64,000 nt of DNA from a virus (IMGVR_UViG_3300037512_000782:252732-316731), one strand, 5' to 3'. Counted from the stretch's first letter, positions 9,318 through 18,094 are shown. Notes: a model not told the origin generated them from the letters alone. Numbers and translations: made by a program.

Positions 9318-9360
9318 TCATTCTGATATAATTTAGACACAACCAATAAGGAGCTACATT

Positions 9361-10155
9361 ATGGCTAACAAGGAATCCAAAAAGCTTTTCCACGAGGACA
9401 CCAAGACGGTGACGCCGAACGGTATCGAACGCTACAGCTTCGACCGCGAGAAGCACACCTACGGCTTCAGTCTCGCTGGCAACATCAAGGTGGGCAAGAT
9501 CGCCACGTGGTCTACGCTGCTCGGCGACTACACCTACAAGGGTCTCAACGGTCTGCTCGCCGATATCAAGGGCACGTGCAAGAACTGTGCAGCTTGCAAG
9601 AAGAGCTGCTACGTCCGCGCCTCCTACCGCTTCCCTGGCGTCGTCCAGTCCCAGGCGATCAACACTTGGGGCCTCCGCCACGAACTCAAAAAGGTCGAGG
9701 CCGATCTCGCCACCCAGATCGAGAAGCACCACATCAAGATCGCCCGTATCAACCAGAGCGGCGAGCTTGAAAACGAACGCCAGATGGCCATGTGGTGCCG
9801 CCTCGCTATCCGCTTCCCCGATACCAAGTTCTACATCTATACCAAGATGTACGATATCGTCGGAAAATTCTTGGAAAAGGGCGACGTGCCGCCGAACTTC
9901 ACCGTGCTTTTCTCCGTCTGGCACGAGTACGGCGCGGAAGAGTACAAAAAATATTCTCACATGCCCAACGTCAAGGCGTTCGTCTTCGACGACGGCGTGA
10001 ACTGCCACTTGCCGACCAAGTGCTACTGCCCCGCGTACTTGATCCTCGACAAGAGCGGCAAGGCCAAGCTCAACCCCGATCCGAAGTCGCACTGTGAAAA
10101 CTGCCGACTTTGTATCGACAGCAAGGTCAAGGTGATCGCTTGCCACGACCATTAA
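9361..10155 (+). CDS. Gp88-like phage protein with Cys clusters
   Basis: GNIKVG, TCKNCAACKKSCY, RINQSGEL, FYIYTK, CENCRLC resemble the recalled GP88 family. Confidence 0.6.
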   Translation: MANKESKKLFHEDTKTVTPNGIERYSFDREKHTYGFSLAGNIKVGKIATWSTLLGDYTYKGLNGLLADIKGTCKNCAACKKSCYVRASYRFPGVVQSQAINTWGLRHELKKVEADLATQIEKHHIKIARINQSGELENERQMAMWCRLAIRFPDTKFYIYTKMYDIVGKFLEKGDVPPNFTVLFSVWHEYGAEEYKKYSHMPNVKAFVFDDGVNCHLPTKCYCPAYLILDKSGKAKLNPDPKSHCENCRLCIDSKVKVIACHDH

Positions 10156-10178
10156 AATAAATTTTCAACTCCCTGGTT

Positions 10179-10208
10179 CTGGGCGGAAGCAATTCCGCCC
10201 AGTTTTTT
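10179..10208 (+). terminator. intrinsic terminator
   Basis: CTGGGCGGAA-GCAA-TTCCGCCCAG then T6. Confidence 0.85.
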
Positions 10209-10227
10209 ATCGCCTACCCCATAGGGT

Positions 10228-10254
10228 GACTGGCAAAGAATCAGCGGGGCTGCT
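10228..10254 (+). promoter_or_regulatory. cassette element copy 17 (no own stem)
   Basis: GACTGGCAAAGAATCAGCGGGGCTGCT. Confidence 0.8.
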
Positions 10255-10292
10255 CCGAAATATTATTTATTCCATACAACCAAGGAGTAATT

Positions 10293-10736
10293 ATGATTAG
10301 TATTGACGACTTCATCAAGAACCATACCGATATAAGCACCGATGAACGAACGGTGCTGTTTGGCGCACTTAAAGTGAAAGGCATTCTTATGATGCCGAAC
10401 GATTTCACCTACACAATTAGTCCAGACGGTGTGCAGTTCTCCACAGCAAACAAAGTTAAATTTTTCGTCAGCCAGACAAGCATTGCAAAGTTCTTGCGCA
10501 TGCCTTTCTGGGTTATCACCACGACAGCTGGCAAGCCAGTCTATCATATCTACGGAACTCAACTCGCGGCCAACCGAGGACAAATGTTCCTTCAATCCCT
10601 AATGAAAGATCCGACGGCTATTCAACCAGCCAAAAGAATTGTGGGCGAAAAGCTCCTCGAATCGACAGCCGACGGCGAAAGATACTGGCACTACAACTGG
10701 AAGCCGTCCAGCATAGTGAAGAAACTGTCTGACTAG
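10293..10736 (+). CDS. hypothetical protein
   Basis: SD after element 17. Confidence 0.75.
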   Translation: MISIDDFIKNHTDISTDERTVLFGALKVKGILMMPNDFTYTISPDGVQFSTANKVKFFVSQTSIAKFLRMPFWVITTTAGKPVYHIYGTQLAANRGQMFLQSLMKDPTAIQPAKRIVGEKLLESTADGERYWHYNWKPSSIVKKLSD

Positions 10737-10741
10737 ACGGT

Positions 10742-10768
10742 AACTGGCTAGTCCACGGCGGGGCTGCC
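10742..10768 (+). promoter_or_regulatory. cassette element copy 18
   Basis: AACTGGCTAGTCCACGGCGGGGCTGCC. Confidence 0.85.
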
Positions 10769-10808
10769 TCGCCGTCTTATTCATTCTACACAACCAAGGA
10801 GATCAAAA

Positions 10809-11363
10809 ATGAAACAGTTTAGCTTGATTATTTTCCATCAGGACGACAGAACCGCCGAATCCGTCGACATGTATCCAGTCGAGAAGGAAGCCATCAACGA
10901 GCTTCACGCTTGGGCACGTAAGAAGATCGAGGAAGACGAGTACTTCAGAAGCCGTCTGGAAAACGTCTACTTCGACGGCACGATGTTCGAGGGCGATCTG
11001 GACGACACCGAAGCATTGCTGGCTGCCCTCAGAGAGACGACCGACAGCGTGTCCTTTGAAACCACGGGCGGCGACTACATCGACTGCTCCATCTGGCAAC
11101 ACGAATGCAACTTCGTTGCCGTCCACGGCGCACAGTATGACAACCAGAACGGCGATCTCCGTTCCTTTGTCAAGATTTGCGCCACCGTCGGCGAGGCGAT
11201 CCAGTTTGTCATCGACGACTTCAAGAGGCTCGCCGAGGCATACAAGGAACAGTCCGACGGTATCACGTTCCCCACGGCGAAAATGCTGCTCCAGACCAAG
11301 TGCGCGGAGTCGCCGAACACCTGGCCCGTCTGGACGAAGTGGACGATCTCGACGGAACCGTAA
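10809..11363 (+). CDS. hypothetical protein
   Basis: SD after element 18. Confidence 0.8.
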   Translation: MKQFSLIIFHQDDRTAESVDMYPVEKEAINELHAWARKKIEEDEYFRSRLENVYFDGTMFEGDLDDTEALLAALRETTDSVSFETTGGDYIDCSIWQHECNFVAVHGAQYDNQNGDLRSFVKICATVGEAIQFVIDDFKRLAEAYKEQSDGITFPTAKMLLQTKCAESPNTWPVWTKWTISTEP

Positions 11364-11390
11364 GACTGGCCGCCAGCTGGCGGGACTGCC
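11364..11390 (+). promoter_or_regulatory. cassette element copy 19
   Basis: GACTGGCCGCCAGCTGGCGGGACTGCC; stem AGCTGGCG/CGCCAGCT. Confidence 0.85.
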
Positions 11391-11444
11391 TCGCCAGCTT
11401 ATTCATTCTACACAACCAACCAAACCAATCAAGGAGATTTAATC

Positions 11445-11891
11445 ATGGGTTATACAAACTACTGGAAACCGAACAAGGCAAAGATCGACGCTACCGAGAG
11501 CTTCCCCAAGGAAATGCTCGAACAGATGGAAAAGGTCAGAGCCAAGTTCAACGACGGTGTCATGTCCAAGGAGATCCAGTCCGACCTGATCGGATCCGTC
11601 ACGCTCGGCGATACAATCTGCCTCACTGGAACGTGCGAAGGGTTTGAGTTCGATCTGTGCAAGGATTCCAGAACGGGCGACCGTATCGGCGTCGACTCTT
11701 GGAAGTTCTGCAAGACGTGCCGCGAGCCCTACGACATGGCGGTCAAGTGCTTCCTCATGCTCCTCCAGCGCTACGGTTTCATCACCGAATGGAGCCACGA
11801 CGACAACAACCGCTGCGATACCTACAAGGACGCGATCAAGTTCGCCAAGAAGTGCGGCATCGACACTCGCGGTGTCTACGCCAAGCGATAA
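11445..11891 (+). CDS. conserved phage protein (MGYTxYW...FCKT..PYD type)
   Basis: Motif pattern; SD. Confidence 0.8.
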   Translation: MGYTNYWKPNKAKIDATESFPKEMLEQMEKVRAKFNDGVMSKEIQSDLIGSVTLGDTICLTGTCEGFEFDLCKDSRTGDRIGVDSWKFCKTCREPYDMAVKCFLMLLQRYGFITEWSHDDNNRCDTYKDAIKFAKKCGIDTRGVYAKR

Positions 11892-11894
11892 GGA

Positions 11895-12046
11895 TTTGCC
11901 CTACTCCCTGGGGCAGCCGACGGTGGCCTGGGACTAACACACCCAGCCACAACACACACCGCCGCCGTCGGCAAAATATTTTCTACACGCAGCGGGTTGT
12001 GTATCGGCCTCGACGGGTGCTGCGTGTCCTCCTTACCGTCGAGGCC
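11895..12046 (+). ncRNA. Structured non-coding leader upstream of the tRNA-like RNA
   Basis: Stems GCCGACGGTGG/CCGCCGTCGGC (11916-11972) enclosing CTGGG/CCCAG, and perfect GGCCTCGACGG/CCGTCGAGGCC (12006-12046); no ORF with SD. Confidence 0.4.
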
Positions 12047-12050
12047 ACAA

Positions 12051-12171
12051 GGGTCGATAGTATAACGGCAAATCACGCCGGACGGGCAAATCAGACAGTT
12101 GCGGCTCGCGAGGAACGGCTGTCTGGGAACCTGGCTTTCCGGAGATGTTGGTTCGAATCCAGCTCGGCCCA
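12051..12171 (+). tRNA. tRNA-like RNA with a 55-nt structured insertion replacing the anticodon loop; identity unassignable; CCA not encoded
   Basis: Acceptor GGGTCGA/TCGGCCC + A73; D-arm TAGTATAACGGCAAATCAC; anticodon stem CCGGA/TCCGG; T-arm GTTGG-TTCGAAT-CCAGC; 3' end reads ACTA. Confidence 0.65.
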
Positions 12172-12221
12172 CTAAAATTTTAATGCTCCCTGGTTAAACA
12201 GCGCCAGTTGGCCGACGTGCT

Positions 12222-12248
12222 GACTGGCGCTTCTCTCACGGGGCTGCC
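12222..12248 (+). promoter_or_regulatory. cassette element copy 20
   Basis: GACTGGCGCTTCTCTCACGGGGCTGCC. Confidence 0.8.
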
Positions 12249-12288
12249 TCTCTGATCGATTCTATATACACCACCAAGGAGATCTAAC

Positions 12289-12720
12289 ATGTCACGCTTA
12301 AAATTCAAGAAACTTCTGATCGAACATCCGGTTCTATTCCAGTCCAAGACCTTTACCGACGAACTGAAAGACCGTCTCAGCTACTTCGACCAGTTCAGCC
12401 ACCTTCGTTTCGAATACATCGAAACCGATCATGCCGCCGTGCTGAACGCCTTCAACGTGAAGAACACCGTCGGCAACCATTCATGGAACTCGATGCTTCA
12501 GATGGACTTCAAGCCGCAGTCCCAGAACGTCGTCGTCACCATCTTCGCCAAGCAGCTCACCCAGCAGACGACCTTCTCTCTGAAGTACAACCAGAACACG
12601 CTGCAGAAGGCGCTGAAGACCGTCTTCGACATTTGGCACCACGTCGATAGCATCGTCGCTCACCAAGCCCAGATCGAAGAGAACCTTCGAAACATGGGCA
12701 GCATCTTCCTCTACAACTAA
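12289..12720 (+). CDS. hypothetical protein, paralog of 3974-4411
   Basis: SD after element 20. Confidence 0.8.
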   Translation: MSRLKFKKLLIEHPVLFQSKTFTDELKDRLSYFDQFSHLRFEYIETDHAAVLNAFNVKNTVGNHSWNSMLQMDFKPQSQNVVVTIFAKQLTQQTTFSLKYNQNTLQKALKTVFDIWHHVDSIVAHQAQIEENLRNMGSIFLYN

Positions 12721-12732
12721 GGAGATTCTACT

Positions 12733-12924
12733 ATGGCACAGAAATTCAACGTATCCCTCGACGTGACCATCAAGGTCAACACGTCCTACGAAGTCAACGC
12801 CAAGAACGCCGATGCAGCAAAAGAAATTGCACAGGCGGCGGCGATTGCGCGACTCCGCGCAGAACACGCCGATCTGACCAACTCCGCCTACTTGGTGGAG
12901 TCCAGAGTCGTCTCCGTCCAATAA
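12733..12924 (+). CDS. hypothetical protein (63 aa)
   Basis: SD AAGGAG. Confidence 0.75.
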   Translation: MAQKFNVSLDVTIKVNTSYEVNAKNADAAKEIAQAAAIARLRAEHADLTNSAYLVESRVVSVQ

Positions 12925-12948
12925 ACTGCTAACAACAAGGAGCTACCT

Positions 12949-13248
12949 ATGAGATTCGATCCCCTTAACTTCTACGCCTACGAAATGGAACAACAGAAGC
13001 GCAACCAGCAGCGCAACCAGCAGCTTCTCCACAAGCAACTGTTCAACCGCGCATTCCAGCAGCACATTATCGAGAACCAGCACGGCAACATCGTCGTCCT
13101 CGACCACGTCAGAGCAGCGAACCACTTCAACCATCACCCGGACCTGTTCCTCACGATCCCGTTCAACTACGACTACCTCTGCCATGACAAGGAAGCCCTC
13201 GAACGGACGCTGAACGAAGCATGGCGTCAGACGAATACCCCGATTTAA
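12949..13248 (+). CDS. hypothetical Gln/Asn/His-rich protein
   Basis: SD AAGGAG. Confidence 0.7.
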   Translation: MRFDPLNFYAYEMEQQKRNQQRNQQLLHKQLFNRAFQQHIIENQHGNIVVLDHVRAANHFNHHPDLFLTIPFNYDYLCHDKEALERTLNEAWRQTNTPI

Positions 13249-13273
13249 ATTTTTAATGCTCCGTGGTTGGAAA

Positions 13274-13306
13274 GCTCCAGATCCTTCGGGATCTGGGGCA
13301 TTTTTT
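13274..13306 (+). terminator. intrinsic terminator
   Basis: GCTCCAGATCC-TTCG-GGATCTGGGGC then A-T6; cUUCGg tetraloop. Confidence 0.85.
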
Positions 13307-13324
13307 GTGCCGACGTCCCCAACT

Positions 13325-13351
13325 GACTGGCACGGTTCCAACGGGACTGCT
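13325..13351 (+). promoter_or_regulatory. cassette element copy 21 (no own stem)
   Basis: GACTGGCACGGTTCCAACGGGACTGCT. Confidence 0.8.
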
Positions 13352-13362
13352 AAAATTTTTTA

Positions 13363-13391
13363 TTGACAGACCACACGCGGTATATTATATT
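13363..13391 (+). promoter_or_regulatory. sigma70-type promoter
   Basis: TTGACA-N17-TATATT. Confidence 0.75.
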
Positions 13392-13424
13392 TGTACCACA
13401 CACCCACGCAACCAAGGAGACCCT

Positions 13425-13928
13425 ATGAACCGTGAATGCTTCGGCTTAATAACCAAGGAAACCAAGAAGTATCTCAAAGACCCCAACTTCGTCGTGTTCG
13501 GATATGTCCAGTCCAAGCTCGGCCTCGACAAGAACGCCGTGACGGAAGCCCTCAAGGACGCCCAGGGAATGAGCGTCACCAAGGTCGCACTCAACTTCCC
13601 CAAGACCGACCTCGAATACATCGTTATCCACTCGAAGCGCTGCTACGCCATGATCCGTCCGGACAAGGACTACCATAGCGGCAAGCTCTTTGTGACCATC
13701 CAGAACTACGAACCGTACGACGACAACCAGTCCATGCTGCCGTCGCCGCACCAGTACACCATCGAAGCGAAGACTGCGCTCGACTTCTACCACGCATTCG
13801 TCAGAGTCCACAACATCCTCGTGTTCAACGACATCGCCGTCAAGGCCCAAGCCGAACTCGCCGAAACCATCGAACAGGTCACCACCAACTGCACCGATGA
13901 CCCGTTCCTCAAGAAAGGATTTGTCTAA
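13425..13928 (+). CDS. hypothetical protein
   Basis: Start moved to the ATG at 13425 after SD. Confidence 0.8.
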   Translation: MNRECFGLITKETKKYLKDPNFVVFGYVQSKLGLDKNAVTEALKDAQGMSVTKVALNFPKTDLEYIVIHSKRCYAMIRPDKDYHSGKLFVTIQNYEPYDDNQSMLPSPHQYTIEAKTALDFYHAFVRVHNILVFNDIAVKAQAELAETIEQVTTNCTDDPFLKKGFV

Positions 13929-14317
13929 TGGCCGACATCAACATCAAAATCAAGGCTACACTGTGCGAGCCAAACCGTGGAACCTTCGACGAATTTCCGG
14001 AAGGAACCAAGATCCGTACCTTCTATATCCGCAACGAAGAGACCGACACCAATGTCACCGCCACGGTGATCTTCTTGCCGGACGGCAACCGTCTCTTCCG
14101 CTACATCACCGATAAGCTCGGACACCGTCTGATGGCATACACTTCCGCCGAAGTCGCCACTATCCACGCCTTCAACTGCTGGCTCTCCGAACACCAAGGC
14201 AAGCTCTACCCGACTGGCGATCATCCGGCGGGACTGCCTCTCGACCAGATTGAAGGGTACGTCGATCAACCTACAACCCACAACCAAGGAGATAACAATG
14301 CCGAATTGGGTAAATAA
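13928..14317 (+). CDS. hypothetical protein
   Basis: TAATG coupling; reads through element 22. Confidence 0.7.
   Translation: MADINIKIKATLCEPNRGTFDEFPEGTKIRTFYIRNEETDTNVTATVIFLPDGNRLFRYITDKLGHRLMAYTSAEVATIHAFNCWLSEHQGKLYPTGDHPAGLPLDQIEGYVDQPTTHNQGDNNAELGK
14212..14238 (+). promoter_or_regulatory. cassette element copy 22 (inside 3' end of upstream ORF)
   Basis: GACTGGCGATCATCCGGCGGGACTGCC. Confidence 0.8.
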
Positions 14318-15170
14318 TCAGCTCGTAATCAAGGGCGAAAAAGCAACTCTCGAAGAAATTGCCAAGAAGGGCAAGCCAGTCTATACCGTTCCGGCCAATA
14401 TGACCGTGGCCGAATACATCCGCCACGAGTGCGAAAAGGACAACCTCACCGAACACTGCACCAATCTGCTCATCCAACGCTATGAAGGTGTCGAACCGGA
14501 TGCCGAACGCAATATCCCCGTGTTCGATATCTACGGCAATACCGATGCGTTCTCCTTCAACCTCTTTGTCCCCCAGGACAAGGACGACCCCGACTATCAG
14601 AACGGTCTCGAATCGCACTGCACCACCAAGTTCAACTGGTACGACTGGAACCTCCACCACTGGGGAACCAAGTGGGATGCCTCCGACTCCTCCGTCGAAT
14701 GGGAAGGCGATGCTCTCGTCGTCAAGTTCAACACGCCTTGGTCTGTTCCGGTAGAATTTATCGAAGCGTTCTCCAAGCTCTATCCCAAGGTCTCCATCGC
14801 AGTCTACGCCTACGAAGAACAGGGCCAGTACACCCACGGTGTCTATGCCGACGGCGTTGGTGATATGGCTCCCTATGTCTGGTGCAGCGAACAAGTTGAC
14901 CGTGACGAAATCGCCAAGAAGTTCCTCGACGACTTCGCCCAGAAGAACGGTATCGAAAACATCGCCAGTATCATCAACCTCGAAACCTTCAAGGAAAAGG
15001 CGTTCTTCGATGTCCAAGACGAAGAAGACATCAGAAAGTACGCCGAACCGACCGTCGTCATCAACTACTTCGACGACAACAACGAACTCCTCGAACTCCT
15101 CAAGCAGTCCACCGACGAAGGCGACTGGGAGTACGACGAAAAGGAAAATAAGTTCTCCTACAAAAAATAA
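14298..15170 (+). CDS. YubB/DUF1281-like ferredoxin-fold phage protein
   Basis: MPNWVNN..WYDWNLHHWGTKWDA..FNTPWSVP. Confidence 0.75.
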   Translation: MPNWVNNQLVIKGEKATLEEIAKKGKPVYTVPANMTVAEYIRHECEKDNLTEHCTNLLIQRYEGVEPDAERNIPVFDIYGNTDAFSFNLFVPQDKDDPDYQNGLESHCTTKFNWYDWNLHHWGTKWDASDSSVEWEGDALVVKFNTPWSVPVEFIEAFSKLYPKVSIAVYAYEEQGQYTHGVYADGVGDMAPYVWCSEQVDRDEIAKKFLDDFAQKNGIENIASIINLETFKEKAFFDVQDEEDIRKYAEPTVVINYFDDNNELLELLKQSTDEGDWEYDEKENKFSYKK

Positions 15171-15185
15171 TTTTTTCCTTGGTTG

Positions 15186-15218
15186 GCCTACGGTTCCTTC
15201 TCGGAGCCGTAGGCTTTT
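15186..15218 (+). terminator. intrinsic terminator
   Basis: GCCTACGGTTCC-TTCTC-GGAGCCGTAGGC then TTTT. Confidence 0.8.
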
Positions 15219-15245
15219 GTTTCTTTTTCTTTACAAGAGGCTATC

Positions 15246-15473
15246 ATGGCTACCATCGCTGAACAGACTGTCATCGACGAACTCACCAAGCGCAAGATCA
15301 AGTTCGACCCCAAATCCATCAAGGAATCCAGTTCCGGTAGGATCGTCGAACTGCCGAACCCCACAATAAAACTTATCCGCGAAGAAGAAGGATGGACGAT
15401 CTTCGACTGCAAGAAGGGTAAGGTAGGCGGCGGAGACTCCCTCGCCGAATGCATCGAAGCGATCTATCCGTAG
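15246..15473 (+). CDS. hypothetical protein
   Basis: SD GAGG. Confidence 0.7.
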   Translation: MATIAEQTVIDELTKRKIKFDPKSIKESSSGRIVELPNPTIKLIREEEGWTIFDCKKGKVGGGDSLAECIEAIYP

Positions 15474-15482
15474 GAGTCCCAA

Positions 15483-15692
15483 ATGAAAACTTTCAGAGTC
15501 ATCTTGTCCCTCATCGTCCTCGTCGTCATCTTCACCGAGTTCGTCAAGGTGAGCCTTCCCTTCATGGACACACTCGACCGGAGCTGCGCACAAGGTCTCG
15601 CCACCGGAGCCGCTATAATACTGGCCCATATCTTCGGCGCTTCCGTAGTCCTCTATTACGGAATCGCTATAGATATCTTCGACGACGAGTAG
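15483..15692 (+). CDS. small 2-TM membrane protein
   Basis: Two hydrophobic segments; SD AGGAG. Confidence 0.7.
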   Translation: MKTFRVILSLIVLVVIFTEFVKVSLPFMDTLDRSCAQGLATGAAIILAHIFGASVVLYYGIAIDIFDDE

Positions 15693-15718
15693 ACTGGTAG
15701 ATCCATCGCGGGACTGCC
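15692..15718 (+). promoter_or_regulatory. cassette element copy 23
   Basis: GACTGGTAGATCCATCGCGGGACTGCC. Confidence 0.85.
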
Positions 15719-15761
15719 GCCCACAGTTATCAACTGGTACACAACCATAAGGAGATTCACA

Positions 15762-16517
15762 ATGGATATCATCTTCCCTCTTACCTATACCGTCGAATAC
15801 CGTCCGTCGGAGAGACACACCAAGACTCGCCGCCAGCTCAAGACCGAAAACACCGTCATCAATATCGCGACGATCACCCAGGAAGACTTCTTCCCTATCG
15901 CCTACAAGGTCAAGCGCTATACGACCGTGTACCCGAAAGTTCGCGACGGCGAACAGCTCTGGGAACTCGTCCATCACGGCGACCAAGTAAACGGAATCTA
16001 CTTCACCGAAACGATCCGCCGCTACAAGAAGAAGCTCTACAGACCGATCCGCCATACCTACGGTTCCGCCATCGCCCGTTCCTTCCCCAAGCCGGAAGAA
16101 GAACTCGCCAAGCGCCTCGAACAGTACCAGAACTTCTGCCGTCGCTTCTCCGACTGGAACGATCCGGATATTCCGTTCGACCCAGAAAAGTCAATCGTCC
16201 TCTCGGTGAACCTTCCGTACAACCGCGACGACGTCCGCAAGGAAGCAAACAAGTACGTCGTCTTCAAGGGTGTCCTCTGGGAACCAGTCGAGGAACCTCT
16301 CTACACCTATACCACCTTCGGCTGCGGCAACAACCACGGCGGAACCGGATTCTTCATCGAATACGGCAAGCGCTGCAACGCCGACAGAAAGATCTACTGG
16401 AAGGCCAACGAAAGGGAAGCCGCTATCAAGGCAGCCATCAAGGCGGCTCGCGAACGCGGCGACACCGAATACATCAAGGATATCGCCCACGCCAAGGAAA
16501 TGATCACGAAGTTCTAA
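15762..16517 (+). CDS. hypothetical protein
   Basis: SD after element 23. Confidence 0.8.
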   Translation: MDIIFPLTYTVEYRPSERHTKTRRQLKTENTVINIATITQEDFFPIAYKVKRYTTVYPKVRDGEQLWELVHHGDQVNGIYFTETIRRYKKKLYRPIRHTYGSAIARSFPKPEEELAKRLEQYQNFCRRFSDWNDPDIPFDPEKSIVLSVNLPYNRDDVRKEANKYVVFKGVLWEPVEEPLYTYTTFGCGNNHGGTGFFIEYGKRCNADRKIYWKANEREAAIKAAIKAARERGDTEYIKDIAHAKEMITKF

Positions 16518-16519
16518 AA

Positions 16520-16546
16520 AACTGGCAGCCCCTCGGCGGGACTGCC
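16520..16546 (+). promoter_or_regulatory. cassette element copy 24
   Basis: AACTGGCAGCCCCTCGGCGGGACTGCC. Confidence 0.85.
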
Positions 16547-16591
16547 TCTTTCGCCTATGCTTTAGGCACAACTCAACCAAGGAGATTAACC

Positions 16592-17164
16592 ATGTTCGTA
16601 AAATCCACTGCCAAGCTCGTCCCCTGCGTCTCTTTCAGCCACACTGGAGATATCTTTTTCTATGTATACTCCACCACTGACGAGAAGTACGTTGAATTCA
16701 AGGGAGACAAGTACAACAAGAAGGGCGAAATCCTCAGCGTCAACGACTCCCCTGCCATTACGCCACTCTTCCTTACCGACGAAAAAGACGTCCGTAAAGC
16801 AGCGAAGGAACTCCTGAAGCTCCGTCCCGAACCCTTCGGAAGCGAAGTTGCTGCCGTCATGCTCCGCGACGAGGGCAGTACTGGCATCCACTGGTATCGT
16901 ATCTCCAACAAGGGAACGCTCAAGCTCTTCGGCAACGCCGACCCCATCGACATTACCAACATGGAAGACGGCGAAACATACAGCGGCACCAAGACTCAGA
17001 TCTTCTTCTCGCCGATCACCGCCATCAGAACCGTCAGAGACTATCTCGTAGAAGTCTGCAACGGAATCATCGCCGAAGCCGTCGAACGCGAAACCAAGGA
17101 ACAGCAAGAGATCCTTAACGCAAAGTCCTTCATCGACAAGCTCCACAAGGCTCAAGAAATCTAA
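16592..17164 (+). CDS. hypothetical protein
   Basis: SD after element 24. Confidence 0.8.
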   Translation: MFVKSTAKLVPCVSFSHTGDIFFYVYSTTDEKYVEFKGDKYNKKGEILSVNDSPAITPLFLTDEKDVRKAAKELLKLRPEPFGSEVAAVMLRDEGSTGIHWYRISNKGTLKLFGNADPIDITNMEDGETYSGTKTQIFFSPITAIRTVRDYLVEVCNGIIAEAVERETKEQQEILNAKSFIDKLHKAQEI

Positions 17165-17174
17165 GGAGGCCGAC

Positions 17175-17579
17175 ATGTCCAAAAAAGATTCTCAATTCAT
17201 GAACGTCGTCAGAAACTTCGACCAGAAGCTCCTGAAGTACGTCCAGTCCTATCTGCTCCCTGCCTTCAAGGGCATGAAGTTCGGATCCCCTAAGTGCGAC
17301 TACAATATCGACGACGAAGGTACATCCTCCGTCAACGGTATCATCTTCGACCCCGCTGACAACAACACCAATTTCCACTACACCATCGCCGTCTATCAGA
17401 AAGACTACAAAGTCCGTGTCAGCATCACCAAATTCACCCACGGACACCTCTGTAGCGTATCTGACTTCGACCACTGGAATATCAACGAAGCCAATATCTC
17501 CAGCAAGGACATCAAGGACAAGTTCCTGACTCTCACAGACATGGAACAAAAATATTTTGAAAAACATCACGGAGTATAA
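17175..17579 (+). CDS. hypothetical protein
   Basis: SD AAGGAGG. Confidence 0.8.
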   Translation: MSKKDSQFMNVVRNFDQKLLKYVQSYLLPAFKGMKFGSPKCDYNIDDEGTSSVNGIIFDPADNNTNFHYTIAVYQKDYKVRVSITKFTHGHLCSVSDFDHWNINEANISSKDIKDKFLTLTDMEQKYFEKHHGV

Positions 17580-17583
17580 TTTT

Positions 17584-18069
17584 ATGCCTAGACTTACCGA
17601 CTTCATCGACAACCTCGTCGTACCCTGGATCAAGGAATCCCAACAAGAAACTCAGTCCGAAACCCAGACCGACAACCAGTGCCCCTATGGGGAACGGTTT
17701 GGGACGGAACTGAACCTTGCCCTCGGCGACGGCGCAGTACCAGTCAATCCCCATGCCGACACCGATCTCCTCACGGTCACGTTCGAGGCCGACATCAAGG
17801 GATCCATCGATCCGGATCCGGATATCATCATCAACCTCAGACTCCGTGTCGATCTCGACCCCAACAACCCTAACCCGGCCATGACGTGCAGACTCCTCAC
17901 CGACGAGGACACCACTCTGTACGAACTCACCGAAAGTGCTACGGATAACCCAAGAGGTCTCATCTACCAGACGATCTCGGCATACAAGGAGCAGCAGTAC
18001 ATGGACAAGCTGGAGAAAATCAAGGCCCAGGTCGCCGAAAACGAACTCAAACTCAACCGATTGTTTTAA
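17584..18069 (+). CDS. hypothetical protein
   Basis: Start moved to the ATG at 17584 (SD GGAG). Confidence 0.75.
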   Translation: MPRLTDFIDNLVVPWIKESQQETQSETQTDNQCPYGERFGTELNLALGDGAVPVNPHADTDLLTVTFEADIKGSIDPDPDIIINLRLRVDLDPNNPNPAMTCRLLTDEDTTLYELTESATDNPRGLIYQTISAYKEQQYMDKLEKIKAQVAENELKLNRLF

Positions 18070-18094
18070 CAATCTATCAACAATCTATCAACAA
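18069..18094. repeat. 11-bp tandem repeat ACAATCTATCA x2.4
   Basis: acaatctatca acaatctatca acaa. Confidence 0.85.

Noticed and set aside
1740-11390. sigma54 promoter reading (GG-N10-GC inside the element)
   Set aside because: The spacing fits many copies, but the -12 context is GCGGG rather than TTGC(A/T), and GG or GC is absent in several copies (e.g. 382, 3236, 12222, 37826).
12051-12174. tmRNA (ssrA)
   Set aside because: Only about 121 nt, no tag ORF or pseudoknots, has a D stem, and lacks G3:U70.
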